Source: Vitrella brassicaformis CCMP3155
Taxonomy: Eukaryota; Protista; Chromerida
Assembly (NCBI GenBank): GCA_001179505.1
Contig: CDMY01000164.1
Location: forward strand, 116,852 to 180,851
Reading direction: 5' to 3'
DNA length: 64,000 nucleotides
In this document: piece by piece, positions 33,950 through 46,457 of the stretch
Layout of the letters: the number at the start of each line of letters is the position of its first letter
Position numbering within the stretch: position 1 is the stretch's first letter
Program-made: the position numbers and the translations under genes
The notes under the pieces: generated by a model
What the model was told of the DNA's origin: nothing
Database searches by the model: none
The model's input: only the letters and a program-made list of their open reading frames with translations

Positions 33950-36900
33950 GAGCTACAGTCAACACCCCTCACTCGCTCTCTCCCCCTCTTCCTCCTCTTC
34001 TTCGGGCGCTCACTATTATCTCCGGCGGGCTGCTCTAACTCTTCCCCCTTGCCGACAAATGTGTAGTGCAGCCTCTCCATGGCCTGCCGGCAAGCGATGG
34101 CCTCCTGCTTGGCCTTCTCAACGCCGTCGGGGTCGTTGACATTGATGAGAAACGAGTCCCTGCGCTTTCGCTGGCCGGCTCCCGCCATATGGCCACCCAT
34201 TGGTGCTTCCTCTTGTCGTAGCTGACGCCCTTGACGCCGCTCTGGTGCTCAGCCCGCTGCTGCACAGACGCCCGACCGCGACGCTCCATCTCGAGACGGT
34301 GCTGCTCAGCCATCGCCTTACATACACACGCATACGTACAGGTGCATCATGAGGCTGGCAAGAGAGAGCATGAAGTTCAGCCGATTAAGTGGTTACCTTG
34401 GCCTTGTCGCCGTGATGCTTGACGTAGAAGCACTTGGCCTGCGGCTTGCCCTTCTCTCCTGCCACTGAGCCACCCAGGCCTGGTCCTGCTCGTGCCACCG
34501 AACACCCCTCACATCAGACTGGTGTGCTGCAGCAAACCCACACACATATGAACACAGGTGTCGCTTTTCCGTCCCTCTCATTTGCTCACCCGCGACGTGG
34601 ACGACAGTCTTTCTGGTCTTGGCCGTCCTGCAGCGGCAGCGCCCCTCCTTGCCGTGTAGCATGCGGGAGTAATGCTATAATCGTGACACACCCACAGGGA
34701 CGAAGCAATGCTGTGTCCTTTCTGTCGTGCTATATATGCATTCACCCACCTCCTTCCTCCACTCGGGGAAACCCTCCACGCCACGAAGAGGCAAAGCGAG
34801 GCAACCGTAAAACAAAAGGTGTGGCTGAAATTCTCACCTCGCTACACAATGCACGATATGCCTCGGCCGTCAGCAAAGATCTGAGTTGCCTGCAAAAATC
34901 AGAGAGGACATAAGTGTGTGTGCATATGTGGTTATGTGGGCTCCTTCTCTCACCCCTCATTGCGTGGCTTGACGTGTATGAAGTAGAAGTCGGAGATGGC
35001 CATCCAAGCGTACCGCAACACCAGCTCGCGCCTGCTGTCGACCAACGCCGCCTTCAGCCACGCCGCCAGGCCTACTGCGCGCTGCGCCACAGAATACAGT
35101 ACACATCATGGCACATCAAGCGAGTGTCTGCGGTGCGTACCCATAGATGATGGGTGTTCGATAAACGCTCGAGCTCGGTGGCGGTGCAGATGCAGGAGGT
35201 CCTCTGAGTTGCCTGGATGGCTGAGATGAAACCGATGACCTCCTGCACACAGACACGGAAAAAATTCAACCAGATCAATCGATGTCACCTGCCACCCCAC
35301 CTGCTCTTCGATAGCGCCGCCCTCTTAGGTGTTGAGGACGCCGTCGAACGAATCAATGTGGGGTGGCAGTCTGTGTCGTGCTTCTACTTCAGGTACTTCT
35401 TGATGGCCTCGAGACGCTCGAGGGGGTCGGCTATCTCGATCAACTCCTTGAGGGCCCGCACCCCGTCCATCTCGGCATCCGCTAAGTCGGGCACGTGTGG
35501 TTGTCCGTGTACGGGTACACTGAAGTCACAAGGCACACAATGAATGAATATGAGTGGGTTGATGTTGATGGGTCGTTTGGCTCACCGCCTAGGATCTTTG
35601 TGATGACTTGTCCGAGGCGCATTTGACGAGGTTGAACGCATCCTGGCCCTCGGACTCCATCAGCAACCCGTTGTCGCGGGCGGTCATGTACTTGTCGTGC
35701 GTCCTGAGCTTGCCCCCGTCGTGACTATACATCCTGAAAAAGGAAAGAGAGAAGTCTGACTGCGGCCAGCCCTATGAGTTCATTCCTTACCGGCCATACG
35801 GTGCGTGGCGCTCTTTTGGCTTCTTGTAGTAGTCGTCCGTCGGCCTGGACAGTGGATCGATGTAGTAATACCACTTGCCGTCACGCCCATACTGGACACG
35901 GACATAGAAATCAGGTAAGTTGACTGGCAGAGTCAGTGACGTGTTTACCGCTTGAAAATAGAGGACGGCTGGCAGTACCTTCTCCTCCTGCAGCAGACGC
36001 CTTTTCTCCTTCTCCTCGTTCTTGGGCATGTCCTTGACAAGGTCGTCGACGAGCTTCTGCACAAACGTCTCCGTCAGAGTCGTGAGGTGTGGCCGCGTCG
36101 GAGTCGTCCGGAGCGTGTGTTTGTCGTCCCTGACGTCTGCCTCCACGCTCCGCCACATCGCGCTCAAACGCTGCCGTGTCCTCTCCAGCCTGAAAGACAA
36201 AGAGAAAACTCCCCAACGGCCTGAAAATCCATCTTCCCGCCCCGCAAAACCCCCATCTACCTCCAGCACTTTCATCTTCACCAAACGGCTCTGCCGATCC
36301 GTCCCGAGGACGTCGCTCACTGTCACCAGCTTGGGCATCTTCTCTACCGTTGCGTCACTGCCCTGAATGTCGAGGGTGACGGGCAGCGGGTGGTCTTGCG
36401 GAGGGACGGATGGCGCGTCGTCCTCCTTGCCGTCGGATGTGGCCGGCGAAACCGAGGGACATCTAAATGCCCTCCTCTTTTGCGGTCCCCTCTTCTGGTG
36501 TGGCACCCCTCTGCTCGGCATCTTTCTCTCCCTCTGCGCCTTCCTCTCCTTCTCGTCGTCTGCCTCATGGCCGTCCTCCCTCTCATGCCGCATGGCTTCC
36601 GCGATCTGCTTCTGCGCTGTTTGCATGGCATCCGCACAGCGCTGCTGGAGGAGGCTCAGCTGTTGCAGCGATGGGAAAGGGGCTGCAGCCATGGGTGGCG
36701 CAGGACCTTCTGGATGGTCGGTGCTCGGAGAGGGTGCGAGCACCTCAGGGACGGCATCCGGCTCCTCAGCAGATCCCTCTTCGTCTTCGGACGGCCGGGA
36801 AGACGAGGATGAGAGGGATCTGATGGCGCATCCCCATAATTGAAAGCCGGTAGATTCGCTGAAATTAGCCATAGGCAAATAGAACGATAACAATCAGCTT

Positions 36901-38400
36901 TGAATGAATGGCGTTGGTTCGTCATGCACTCGCCCGTCTTGCACTTGTCCGCCCAGCATTACACATGCGACCTACTGCTGACCGACAACAGCTGCCTATC
37001 TACACACAGTGCAGCATCTGTCTATATCACCACCCTCACGCAGCCCTCCATCGCTGCGCGTCCTCCTCTCGCCGGACACTCGCCATCTGACTCACACACA
37101 CAAACGGACGATGAGCGGCATTCGCCCTCTTTCACCTCGACCGTGAATTCCCTCATCGCGACGAGGCGGCGCGTCGCCTCCCACATATCTATCGACCATG
37201 GCTGGACTCGTCGGAAATCGACGTCCTTCCCCGTTGAAGCACACGCGCTGTGGGCGAACATGCCTGCACGAATCTGGCCATAACCACACGCCTGACAGGC
37301 ACACCCACATGCCAATGCACGCGAGCACCCTCCTGCCCGCTCGGCGCTTTCTCTCACCGGCAATGAATTGATCTGCCACGGCCAACGCCTCAATGCGCAA
37401 TGGCATCCCCTTCGCAACCTGCATGAACACACACGCACAATGGGAGATCCGTTTGTATTCTCGGCGTTCTCTCCCCTGCCTCCATCTGGTCACCTCATCA
37501 GTGATCTGCACCCTCAGCGAGAGCTGTCGCTGCTGGCCTCGCTCCTGACGCTTCAGCCCATCAATGTTGCGACTCCGTTAGCCATTGGAACACAGATCTG
37601 CCGACATCTGCGCCGAAACGAAGAGAGGGACAGATGGGGATGGATGAGGCAACGGGAAGAAGGCCAAGGCCGCTCGTTGTGAGGAGATGGAGGAAGAGGG
37701 CGAGAGATAGATGGATGGATGAATGGACGGCAGGGAGTGGCGGAGGCGGCCTGTGGTGTGTATAAGCCGCTGATGAAGTCACGATTCCCCGAGTCCAATC
37801 TGGGGTAGGGCCTGGTGTGAAAACAGAAGTGGGTGCAAATTCTCTGGCCCCAGGGAGACATGGATGGTGCGAGCCTTAAAAGATCGAAGTAGATCGAACA
37901 TCCATGGTAAAAAAGACTCTGTGCATACTTTGAGTGAATCCCATCCATCCATTTTGAGTTTCCCATCATTTCCAATCCATCTGACGGCTCCTGCCCTCCC
38001 TTGCTGAGTGCTTCGGGCGCCGATACGGCAAGCTCTTCGACGTACGTCTTTCCTCTAGAGATCTCTGTCCGAGCCGGTTGCCGGCAGGAGGTAAGACGCG
38101 GTCGCTTCTGGAGGACGCTCTGGTGGCGGGTTGACGGTTGCCTGCCGAGAGGTACCCCGAGGGAAGAAAGGAAGGCTTCTGGTTGTTCTGTTTGTGTTAG
38201 ATCTCTCAGCAGGTGAAGTGTGTGTGGGGCTGTCATCATCCTCCTGCCCGTGTGGTCCTGCGAAACGTCGTCCTGACCAAGATCTGCTTGGTTCGAAGCC
38301 TCCCAAGGACCTGAGCGTCCCTGCACGTCGTGTCTCGAGCGTCCAAGCCAAGCCCGTCCCCTCTGCTCTCTTTGTCCTTTTACTCCCCTTTCATTTTGCC
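33950..38400 (-). pseudogene. decayed multi-exon gene ending in two AP2 DNA-binding domains (about 34405-34530 and 34050-34250)
   Basis: QSDVRGVRWHEQDQAWVAQWQE/KGKPQAKCFYVKHHG and SGVKGVSYDKRKHQWVAIWRE/GQRKRRDSF..AKQEAIACR are AP2-like, and each is frameshifted. Upstream exons include ORF 35787-36893 and contain stops. Whether all exons belong to one gene is inferred. Confidence 0.7.
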
Positions 38401-39338
38401 TTCCGAGCACACCTTGCTGTTACCAAAGCAACCGAACCAGTCGACCACCCATCACCTCAAACCAGCCCTGGTCAGGCACCACTCAATCGCTTGACGCTCG
38501 CTCTCCTCTGAGGGAGGTCAGTTCGTGTACGTGACATTGGACACATTCGTGGCCGTGTTGCTCATCAATTGCTATCAAATCAAGTGACATAGTCGCACGA
38601 ATCGCTCTCTCTTGTGTCTCGAACCGAACGTGGTCTCACACCACCCTATTCGCGACACACACCACAGCATCCACACTCGTGTGCACCCCTCAAACGGCCA
38701 GCAGCATCCAGCCCTGCTGTATAATCGTAGTCGTCATAGTACTCATCGTCGACACCCGCCGAATCCATCGGCACCTCCGCCGAATCCAGATGATCTGCTC
38801 CTCCATCATACCCTCTAGCTCCCCCGCACACTCCCGGCCGTCACTGTCCTCCATAACCTCATCTTCAGAGCTGCCAGGCTGTCCCATCTCTCTCATTGCA
38901 TCACTAGCTACATCAGACGGGCTGTCGTAGTCGGTGTCGATGTATCTTTGATTCTCCATAATATTATTCTATTATTATTTTCATTTCTATTTTATTTTAT
39001 TTTATTTATTTTCATTTTATCTTTATTTATTTATTTTTGCGTCAAGCTGCTCAGCGAGGACAGATCAGTGTGTATATCGACACCTGTGAATGGATCGATG
39101 GCCCTCCTCGGCCCTCCTCGCTACATCTCGGCCCTCGGTGTCTTGTCAGGCCATATGGCCATATAAGGCCATAACGATGCTAGGGGAGGTCATTGCGGGC
39201 AGATCTGCGGCTGTACAAGGTCAGAGGACCCTCCGATGACCACCGCACTCTCACACACATCGACGTGAAACGGACGGAGTGGGTCGGTTAATAGGAGATA
39301 GGAGATAGGAGCTGGTTGATGCAATTGACACGGTTGTT

Positions 39339-39924
39339 GTGACCCACTCCTTCGGAGGCGAGTTGACACCCACCGAGCCCGCCTCTCCGTACGAGCCAAC
39401 CGCACCGCTCGTCGACCCCGCCATGCCACCTCAGCAAGATGCCAACCCATCTCCGCCTGTGGCCAGCAGCAGCGCCACATCTCCGCCACAGGACGCCGCC
39501 CCGAAGGCAGCAGCGGCACCCAAGCAGGCCCCGCGCAAGCAGGTGCTCATATGCCTGGGCGACTACCCTACGCACCTCGATATGAACAGTCACCCAGGAA
39601 GCGTAGGGTCACCAAGGAAGCAGAGAAGGCGGCACCCAAAGGCCGTCACCAAGCGGCAGGAGATCTTCGAATTCGCCAACAGCAGCAGCAGCAGCGGTGC
39701 CAATCCGAGCAAGAAGAGGGTGCGTGAGGAGGAGGGAGAGGAGGGGGAGGGAGAGGATGGTGCCAAACGGCGGCACTACGACAAGATGCGCGGGACTACA
39801 TAGCGTCCGAAAGCTGCGCCTCCTGCACGTTGTGAAGGGACAACAGGAGGGGGGCGACAAGGACAAGTACCAGGTGGACGTCGACTTCGGCAAGCACGGC
39901 GACAAGAAAGAGGAGGATCAGTGA
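39339..39924 (+). pseudogene. low-complexity Pro/Ala/charged ORF of unknown function, interrupted by a stop
   Basis: ORF 39339-39803 and downstream coding-like sequence (VRKLRLLHVVKG..KEEDQ). No recognisable domain. Confidence 0.3.
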
Positions 39925-40139
39925 ATGTCGGTTGGTTGGTGTGTTTAACGCATCCATTGGTGTTTGTGTCAGTTCCGCCGGCACCGTCCAGACCGCCTCA
40001 TGTGTCGAGTTCCTCAAGTACTACACGACGCACGGGGGACCTGGCGGCAAGACACCCCTGCAGCGGTACGCATCTATAGGCAGATAGATCTCCATCCATC
40101 ATTTCTCTCACTCCATGACACATGTGTATGTATTGCAGT

Positions 40140-40337
40140 TGGGAGGAGAAGCATGGCGGAGGCGGTGGCGGCAGAAGTGGCGGCAGAGGTCGTGGCGGGG
40201 GGCGGTCGCGGTGCCGGTCGTGGCGGTCGTGTCGGGGGGGCGGTCGCACTTTGGCGGTGACGGAGAGCGTCCGCTCTCCACGCTCGACGAGCCGCGCAGG
40301 ATGCACCACACGAAGAGGTTCTGGGGGCTTGAGTAGA
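40140..40337 (+). repeat. RGG/Gly-rich exon-like segment, related to 57760-57950
   Basis: TATTGCAG|TTGGGAGGAGA..GGRSGGRGRGGGRS is shared with 57760-57950. Confidence 0.65.
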
Positions 40338-40466
40338 GAGGGCGAGGAGGGAGGGGTGTAAATGGACACACCATCCATGAGTAACAAAACAAGCGACCAG
40401 CCAGCCTTCGAATACGTTGGATCTATGACAACGGTAACTTGCACTTCTACAACATTCATCCTGCCT

Positions 40467-42192
40467 TCAGTTCCTTCGCTCAAAACATATGTCCCCATAT
40501 CTTCGCTTCTCCCACTTGCTAGAGTTGTTGACATAGACGAACCTCGTGAATTTCTCGGCATTCCACTCCAACTCTGTGGTTGGAGGTGGTGCATAAAGGG
40601 AGTGGACCAATAGGGGCGGAGAAGTGGCAACGAATGATGCAACATCGCTGCTACGGGAGAGCTTGTTGCTGTAGTCGACATGGACGTCCTGCTGTAGCGT
40701 CGCGTTCAGGGTACCTGCTTTAACGTTCTCGATAAGGCTTCTGAAAGCCTGCATGCGTGTCGTTGGGACAACAAGGGGGAAGATCTGAGACGCTAGCGAC
40801 GCCGTTTTGTCAGCTGTTTCCGACAGGTGTTTCCCAGAATGAGGCAGAACGACTGCGTCGCTGGGAAAAGCCGACCGATAGGTTTTTAGGAATTCTGCTG
40901 CGTCTGCCTGAAACCACACTGAGGGGCTGAGAATAAGATAAACATCACCATTGGAAAGACTCTCGTCGGCTTCTCGACTCTCATTGTGGCCCCGCGCCAT
41001 TTCGTCGTGCACAGCTGCAAGAGCTTCCAAAGGGTCTTGCACAGACAAGACAGATATGGGGATACCGAAAGGGAAGCATGCTGCGTGAGTCAAAGCAGTG
41101 GTTTGGCAAAAGTGCTCCATTTTTGAGGCAGGGACGACGCTATAGATGTGCAGTTTTTTCCCTTCAGAATATGGGACGCCGCAAGTACTGAGAGCAGACA
41201 GATGCTCCAGTTTTTTTGTACGCTCTTTTGTCGCATGAGTCACATGCTGTGCTATTTGGCCTTCCGTGTAGATTCCGTGATGAATGGTCCCAAAGGCGTT
41301 ATCCTGGAGAAGGCATAGATGTTTTTGCGTCTCCTTAGGAAAGAGTGCCATGCATTGTTCGCTCGGGCATGTTCTACTGATGTTTCGGTCAAAGACGAGC
41401 TTTCTTGGATTTCCAAGGAGGGCACGATTGATGGACTTGCTATCGCTGCTTTTGTCGACACTCAGATGGTTTTCAATGGCCCTCTTCAGGAGATTCCTTG
41501 AGAACGCGGTGTTTCTGACGATGAATGTACCGGCGCAAATGAATCGGGAAGACCCCCGGCCGTCCGAAAAGAAGATGGAGTCTTTGTTAGGACACTGTTT
41601 GAATATCGACTCCAAAGAAATGTCGCAGTCCATGATGATAACATCCGCATCTTTCCACACAACAGTTTGATATCCCTTGTCTAAGAGGAGAGACACCAAT
41701 TCCAATTTCCGCTTCTTTGCGGACGCCCGCGACAGAAAGAATTGATGAAAAGCCGTCGATCGCGACATATAGGAGAGAGAAGTCATTGTGGTATTCACCG
41801 TAGGTTCTCGCGTGTCCATAATCAGTGTATAGCCCCATTTCTGAAGGACCGTACAGAAATCAAGTCTTGTTGGGTGCGTGGCTCGTGCGAACCTGACAGT
41901 ATCGCTGCAAGAGTGTCAAGCTGTTTTTCCAAGCAGCTGCGTCCTTTTTTGTGGTGTTGTACCAGCTAATTGTGACAATGGCAATCATTCCAGCACTTCC
42001 ATGTCCTGGAATCGCCTCGATTTTATCTGCATCAGGCACGTCCTTCATGAAATACTCCAGCATTAGCGCCGGCGAATGAATTCGGGGAGAAAGCCCATGA
42101 GACGAACTGTGATTGTCCCTCCTCGAATGCAACGACAGAACACCACCGCAGAACAAAGGCCACAGCGGGAAAAAGCATACAACGATTAACAT
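40467..42192 (-). CDS. glycosyltransferase family 34 (GMA12/MNN10-like) with a long C-terminal extension
   Basis: Hydrophobic N-terminus (MLIVVCFFPLWPLF), LQRYCQ/KWGYTL, K.KLELV..LL..YQTVVWKDAD (DxD), ICAGTFIVRNTAFSRNLL. Two short GT-AG introns near 41900-41690. Confidence 0.75.
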
Positions 42193-42596
42193 TCCAGGAA
42201 AATAGTAAATGTGGGTTTGGGCGGAACTCGACTCTGAAAAAAATCTAAGAGCGACGGCCCAACAAGCGAAGGTTACGCTGTGCGGCACCCGGTGAATGGA
42301 CGGCTGTGCCGCCGCTATGGCAATTTGACTTCGTTTATCGTTTATCAATTTAATACTCGATACACCGAAGAGGAAATATGAAGAGACGGACAACCCGCGC
42401 ATCGCTTCAGGCATGGAAGTGGATACATGCAAGGAAAGTCCCCTACCTAATCTCCTTGCGCCCTCCATCTAGGCGCTCATGGCTGTTTGGTGTGGAGTCA
42501 CCCCTCTCCCGCTGGTCTGCTCTCGACCGCCATTGCGTCTCTGTCCTGCCGACCCATCATCTCCAGCCCCTCAGGTATGTTTACGTGACTCGTGTG

Positions 42597-43637
42597 TGTC
42601 GCGCCATAGCATGTCGCTACCTATATGATTGGTCCTTGGTTTTGGCCCATCGTATCCACGCTATGATTTGATGGTGTTGATGCGATATTGGCCATGGCTC
42701 AGTGCAGTGGGCCGAGCTCCATGCTACCGTTACACGGTGCCTGTAGCTCGCAGTCTACGCTTGACCATGACGGACACCGCATCACGCCTGGACCACGTGC
42801 ACAGCGTCACAGGTATGTACACGTGCACCGCATGAGCTCTACTACACACCCGCACATCGCTTTCCCATGTTGGTTGGCTTCAGTGTGCCCTCGGTGCGTG
42901 TTCGTTACGTCATGCGGATGGATTGCCATTGTTCGGTCGTCGTAGCTCATACGCCGGTATGCATCTACACTCTACCTGCTCGATGAGCCACGACCATGCG
43001 CACCACTGGCTTGTATGGCATCTCGTGATGTGTGCAGGTTGGTTTGGTTGTATCTATGGTCTTGGTTGTTTGTCGGGTCGCTTGGGACACACTTCTCGCT
43101 ACTGCTGGTATGCTCACGCACTTGTGGTGCGGATCATCCATCCTATCACTGTCTGTGTGCCTCCGGTGGTTCAGGTTGTCGTGTGTCGTGGTGCCTGACG
43201 GGTTCACACTTACTGCGGGGTGCGCATCCATTGTATCTGGTACGTCACCTCCACACACACGCCTTATTGCGTGGCACACACCATCCATCTCTCTCTCTGT
43301 GTGGGCGTGTGGCTGGTGGTGCAGGGTGCTGGGGTGTTGGTCGTGTCGTGTGTTGGTTGTCTGGGTTGAGCACACCACCACACCTCCATCGGTATGTTAC
43401 TCGCACCACCCCTCCCGCCAACACTACACCTATCCTGTCCATCCTCACCTCTGGTGTGTTCGGCTGGTGCTGTTTGTGTGGTGTGATGGTGGTGCAGTAT
43501 TGTGTTTGTGACCTTCGTTTGGACCTCTGCGTGTCTTCGATTACATCATGCCGCTGACCGCTGACCGTTGATCCGACCGATCGGCACTCACGTCACGTTC
43601 ACCCACGGCATACACATCGGCATACCGATCATCGACA
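42597..43637 (+). repeat. 5' LTR (1041 bp)
   Basis: Direct repeat of 51256-52289 with about 15 substitutions and one 7-bp indel, counted by eye. Confidence 0.97.
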
Positions 43638-43684
43638 TGGGCGCAGCAAGCAGCGATCCCTGACCATCAACAACGAACCAGACA

Positions 43685-46457
43685 ATGTCGTATCAGCACC
43701 CAACCCCACCAGCCACAGTGCCACCAGCGAACGACCGTCAGCCTGGCCAGCAGACGGCTTCGTCCCGATCCCTCGCACCCCTGATGAACGTCGCACCCGT
43801 ACGAGGAGTGCAACAAGCCTCCCCAACACCAGTGCCGACCCAGGAGGCGCGGCAAGGACGGTATGCTGTGGCGGCGTACCCATACGGTGCATCGACGTCA
43901 CCTCAGGCTCCGGTTGCGACAGGGCGATCCCGGCTCTCTCAAGAGCCTGCCCAGGGGTCAGTCAGTGAGGTCATCGAGCGGTTTCGGCAGGGCCTCCAAG
44001 GCCGCACGTTCCAACGCGCGGAGCTGGAGAGCCTCTACCACATGCTCAACCACACTTATATGGACGGCGGACCCATCCAATCCGCAGACCTTCACGCTGG
44101 CTCAGGGGCAACCACGTACGCAAGTCCAGCGTGTCACGGCGGGCGGCGAGCAGACAGGAGGCTCCGGCGGCCTCCGCTCGCACGCTCACACATACGGTGC
44201 GCCGGGGGGCATGGCGGGACAGCCCGACACCTTCGTCATCCCCATCGACCACCAGCCCCCTCCCCCACCCACCCCACCCCCAGACCAACAGCGCGCGTCC
44301 TGGTGGGCGCGAATGGCCAACATAGGCGGTAGAGCATTTGCCAGCAGTCAGACTCCTGCACACGCGTCGGCGAACGCGTCAGCCCCTCCCCAACACGCCA
44401 CCACCGACGACTCTGGGCCCTTCTACTCGCCAGAGACACCGGCGACGGCGCCGGTCTACCATCCATCCGTCCGGGCAGACCCGGAGACGGCGAGGAGAGC
44501 CAGAGAGAGCGTGACGGTGGGCGCCACCCACCCAGGGGTGGACATGGCACTCGAGGACATTGAGAGGGCGCTGGCGTGGCATCTCGAGCGGCAGGTCCAG
44601 GTCCAGGGGGAGCTCGAGAGAGCCTACCAAGACCGAGGGCATGAAGGGCAGCGCAGAGAGAGGCTGGCCCAGCTCCACGAGATGAGTCGTCAGATCGGAC
44701 AGGACGTCGAGACGAGTCGGCATCGACGCATGGAGCGCATCCAATACCTCAGCGACCAGGCCCTGCAGGCCGGGCAGCCGGGGGGGGACGCCCATGTCGG
44801 GGCAGGGGGACAGACTGACGGTGACCCACTCAGCGGCAGCGGCGCCATCCGGAGGCGCCCAGCAGCACAACACCGGCCAGCCCCCGCCCCACCACCACCA
44901 CCACCAAGCCATGGTTTGGCGCCACTTCTGCCGCAACCGGCCCCAGCGGGTGGCCGGCGAGCGGGCACTGCACAGCCTCTGAGTGGGAGTGCGGCTGCAT
45001 CTTCCGTCCTGCCCCCAGTGGAGGGGAGGGCGGGAGGCGGCCAGGGGCAATGTGCACATGGCGAAGGGGTGGATGGGGAGGCATCGCGTGGGCAGGGGAC
45101 GGGGAGCAGCCACCGGCGCTCGGCGTCAGAGCACCCTGACCCACACGATGGCTCTCGGCGCCAAGGGCGTGGCGTCGAGGTGGACAATGCCAGTCATGGT
45201 GTTAGAGGTGATGATATGGGAGGGAGTAGCGTGACCTACCGCGGTGCTGACTTCTCGACACATCGCAGTCCGCAGAGGAGCACAGACGGCCACCCGCGGC
45301 CCCGCAGCACCTCACGGCGTCGCCACAAGACGGCTGAGGAGAGGAAAGAGGAGAAGATGGACTCGGAGTTGAAGCTGCCGGCACTCCTCGAGTACGACAA
45401 CAAAGTCGGCGGCAAGTGGCACCGGTGGAAGACGCAGGTCGAGATCTTCTTCACCTACTACCTGGAGCAGGAGAAGGTCCTCACCCAGGGTCCCTGTGGC
45501 AGCGACAGCCCGGCAGTCCAGAAGGCGCGGACGCAGCTGTTTGGCCACCTCCACAACCGCCTTGACATGACGATCTGGGCTGCCGTCAAGTCCATGATCG
45601 GCACGGAGGCCCTCCTGGCCAAGAACGGCACGGCGGCGTGGCAGGCACTCCAGCAGTGGATGGAGCCGCGTACCGAATCGTATCTGGAGGAGCTGCACAA
45701 GAAGCTGAACACCCTGCCCAGGGCAGCGACGGCCGAGCTGGCCGCCATCCAGATTCGGGGGCTCGAGGCGGAGATCCTCGAGGCGGGCGGCCAACTGGAC
45801 TTGGACCCCACTCGCCTCCACCGCTACATCTGCACGATGCCGGACAACATGCTGCCCGCCATCCAGCACATCAAGACCGTCAGGCATCAGCTCAAGGATG
45901 TCTTCGAGCAGCAGCGCCAACAGCTGATGGCCTGCGGGATCGCTGTCCCCGATAACCATCCGGTGGTCCCTGACCTGACGCTCGAGTCCCTCGCTCAGCA
46001 GGTCGAGAAGCTGGAGAAGGAGCCCAACACCAGCCTGGACCACCTGCACATACCCGGCCTGACCAGCAAGGCGAGCAGCACGCCGAGTGGGGCATACTTG
46101 GCCAACAGCAACAACAACAGGTCAGGTGGGGGCCAGAGCGACCAGCACAAGGGCAGTAGCGGTGGTGGCGGCAACAAGGGCGGCCAGAAGGGCAAGAGCC
46201 GTCCCTCTGGGTCGGCCCCGGAGGGCAAGATGTTCGCGCCGGTCAAGCAGAAGGGTGACGGCGGAGGCCAGCAGACGCAGCAGGGCACAGGAGCGTCAGC
46301 GTCTGGTGGGGGCAAGAAGGAGAATCCACCGGGGCACGGCAACCACGAGAACCTCAAGAAGCCCACGCCGGCGGAGGCAGGGGTCACTCAGGTTGAGTAT
46401 AGCAAGAGGTGTGCGGAGGGCATGTGTCCGTATTGCGGCAAGGGCGCCCACGAGTAA
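43685..46457 (+). pseudogene. copia gag: long low-complexity N-terminus, UBN2-like core, broken zinc knuckle
   Basis: Overlapping ORFs 43685-44332 and 43863-46457 imply a frameshift. KWHRWKTQVEIF..AAWQALQQWM..LEELHKKL is the gag core. CPYCGKGAH ends at a frameshift. Confidence 0.8.

Noticed and set aside
17290-42500. Endogenous giant virus, Polinton or prokaryotic contaminant
   Set aside because: No capsid, PolB, packaging ATPase or integrase was seen. The genes carry spliceosomal introns and share repeats with the rest of the window.
42630-43560. ORFs inside the LTRs (also 51288-52239)
   Set aside because: These are low-complexity GT-rich frames with no domain; their duplication is explained by the LTRs.
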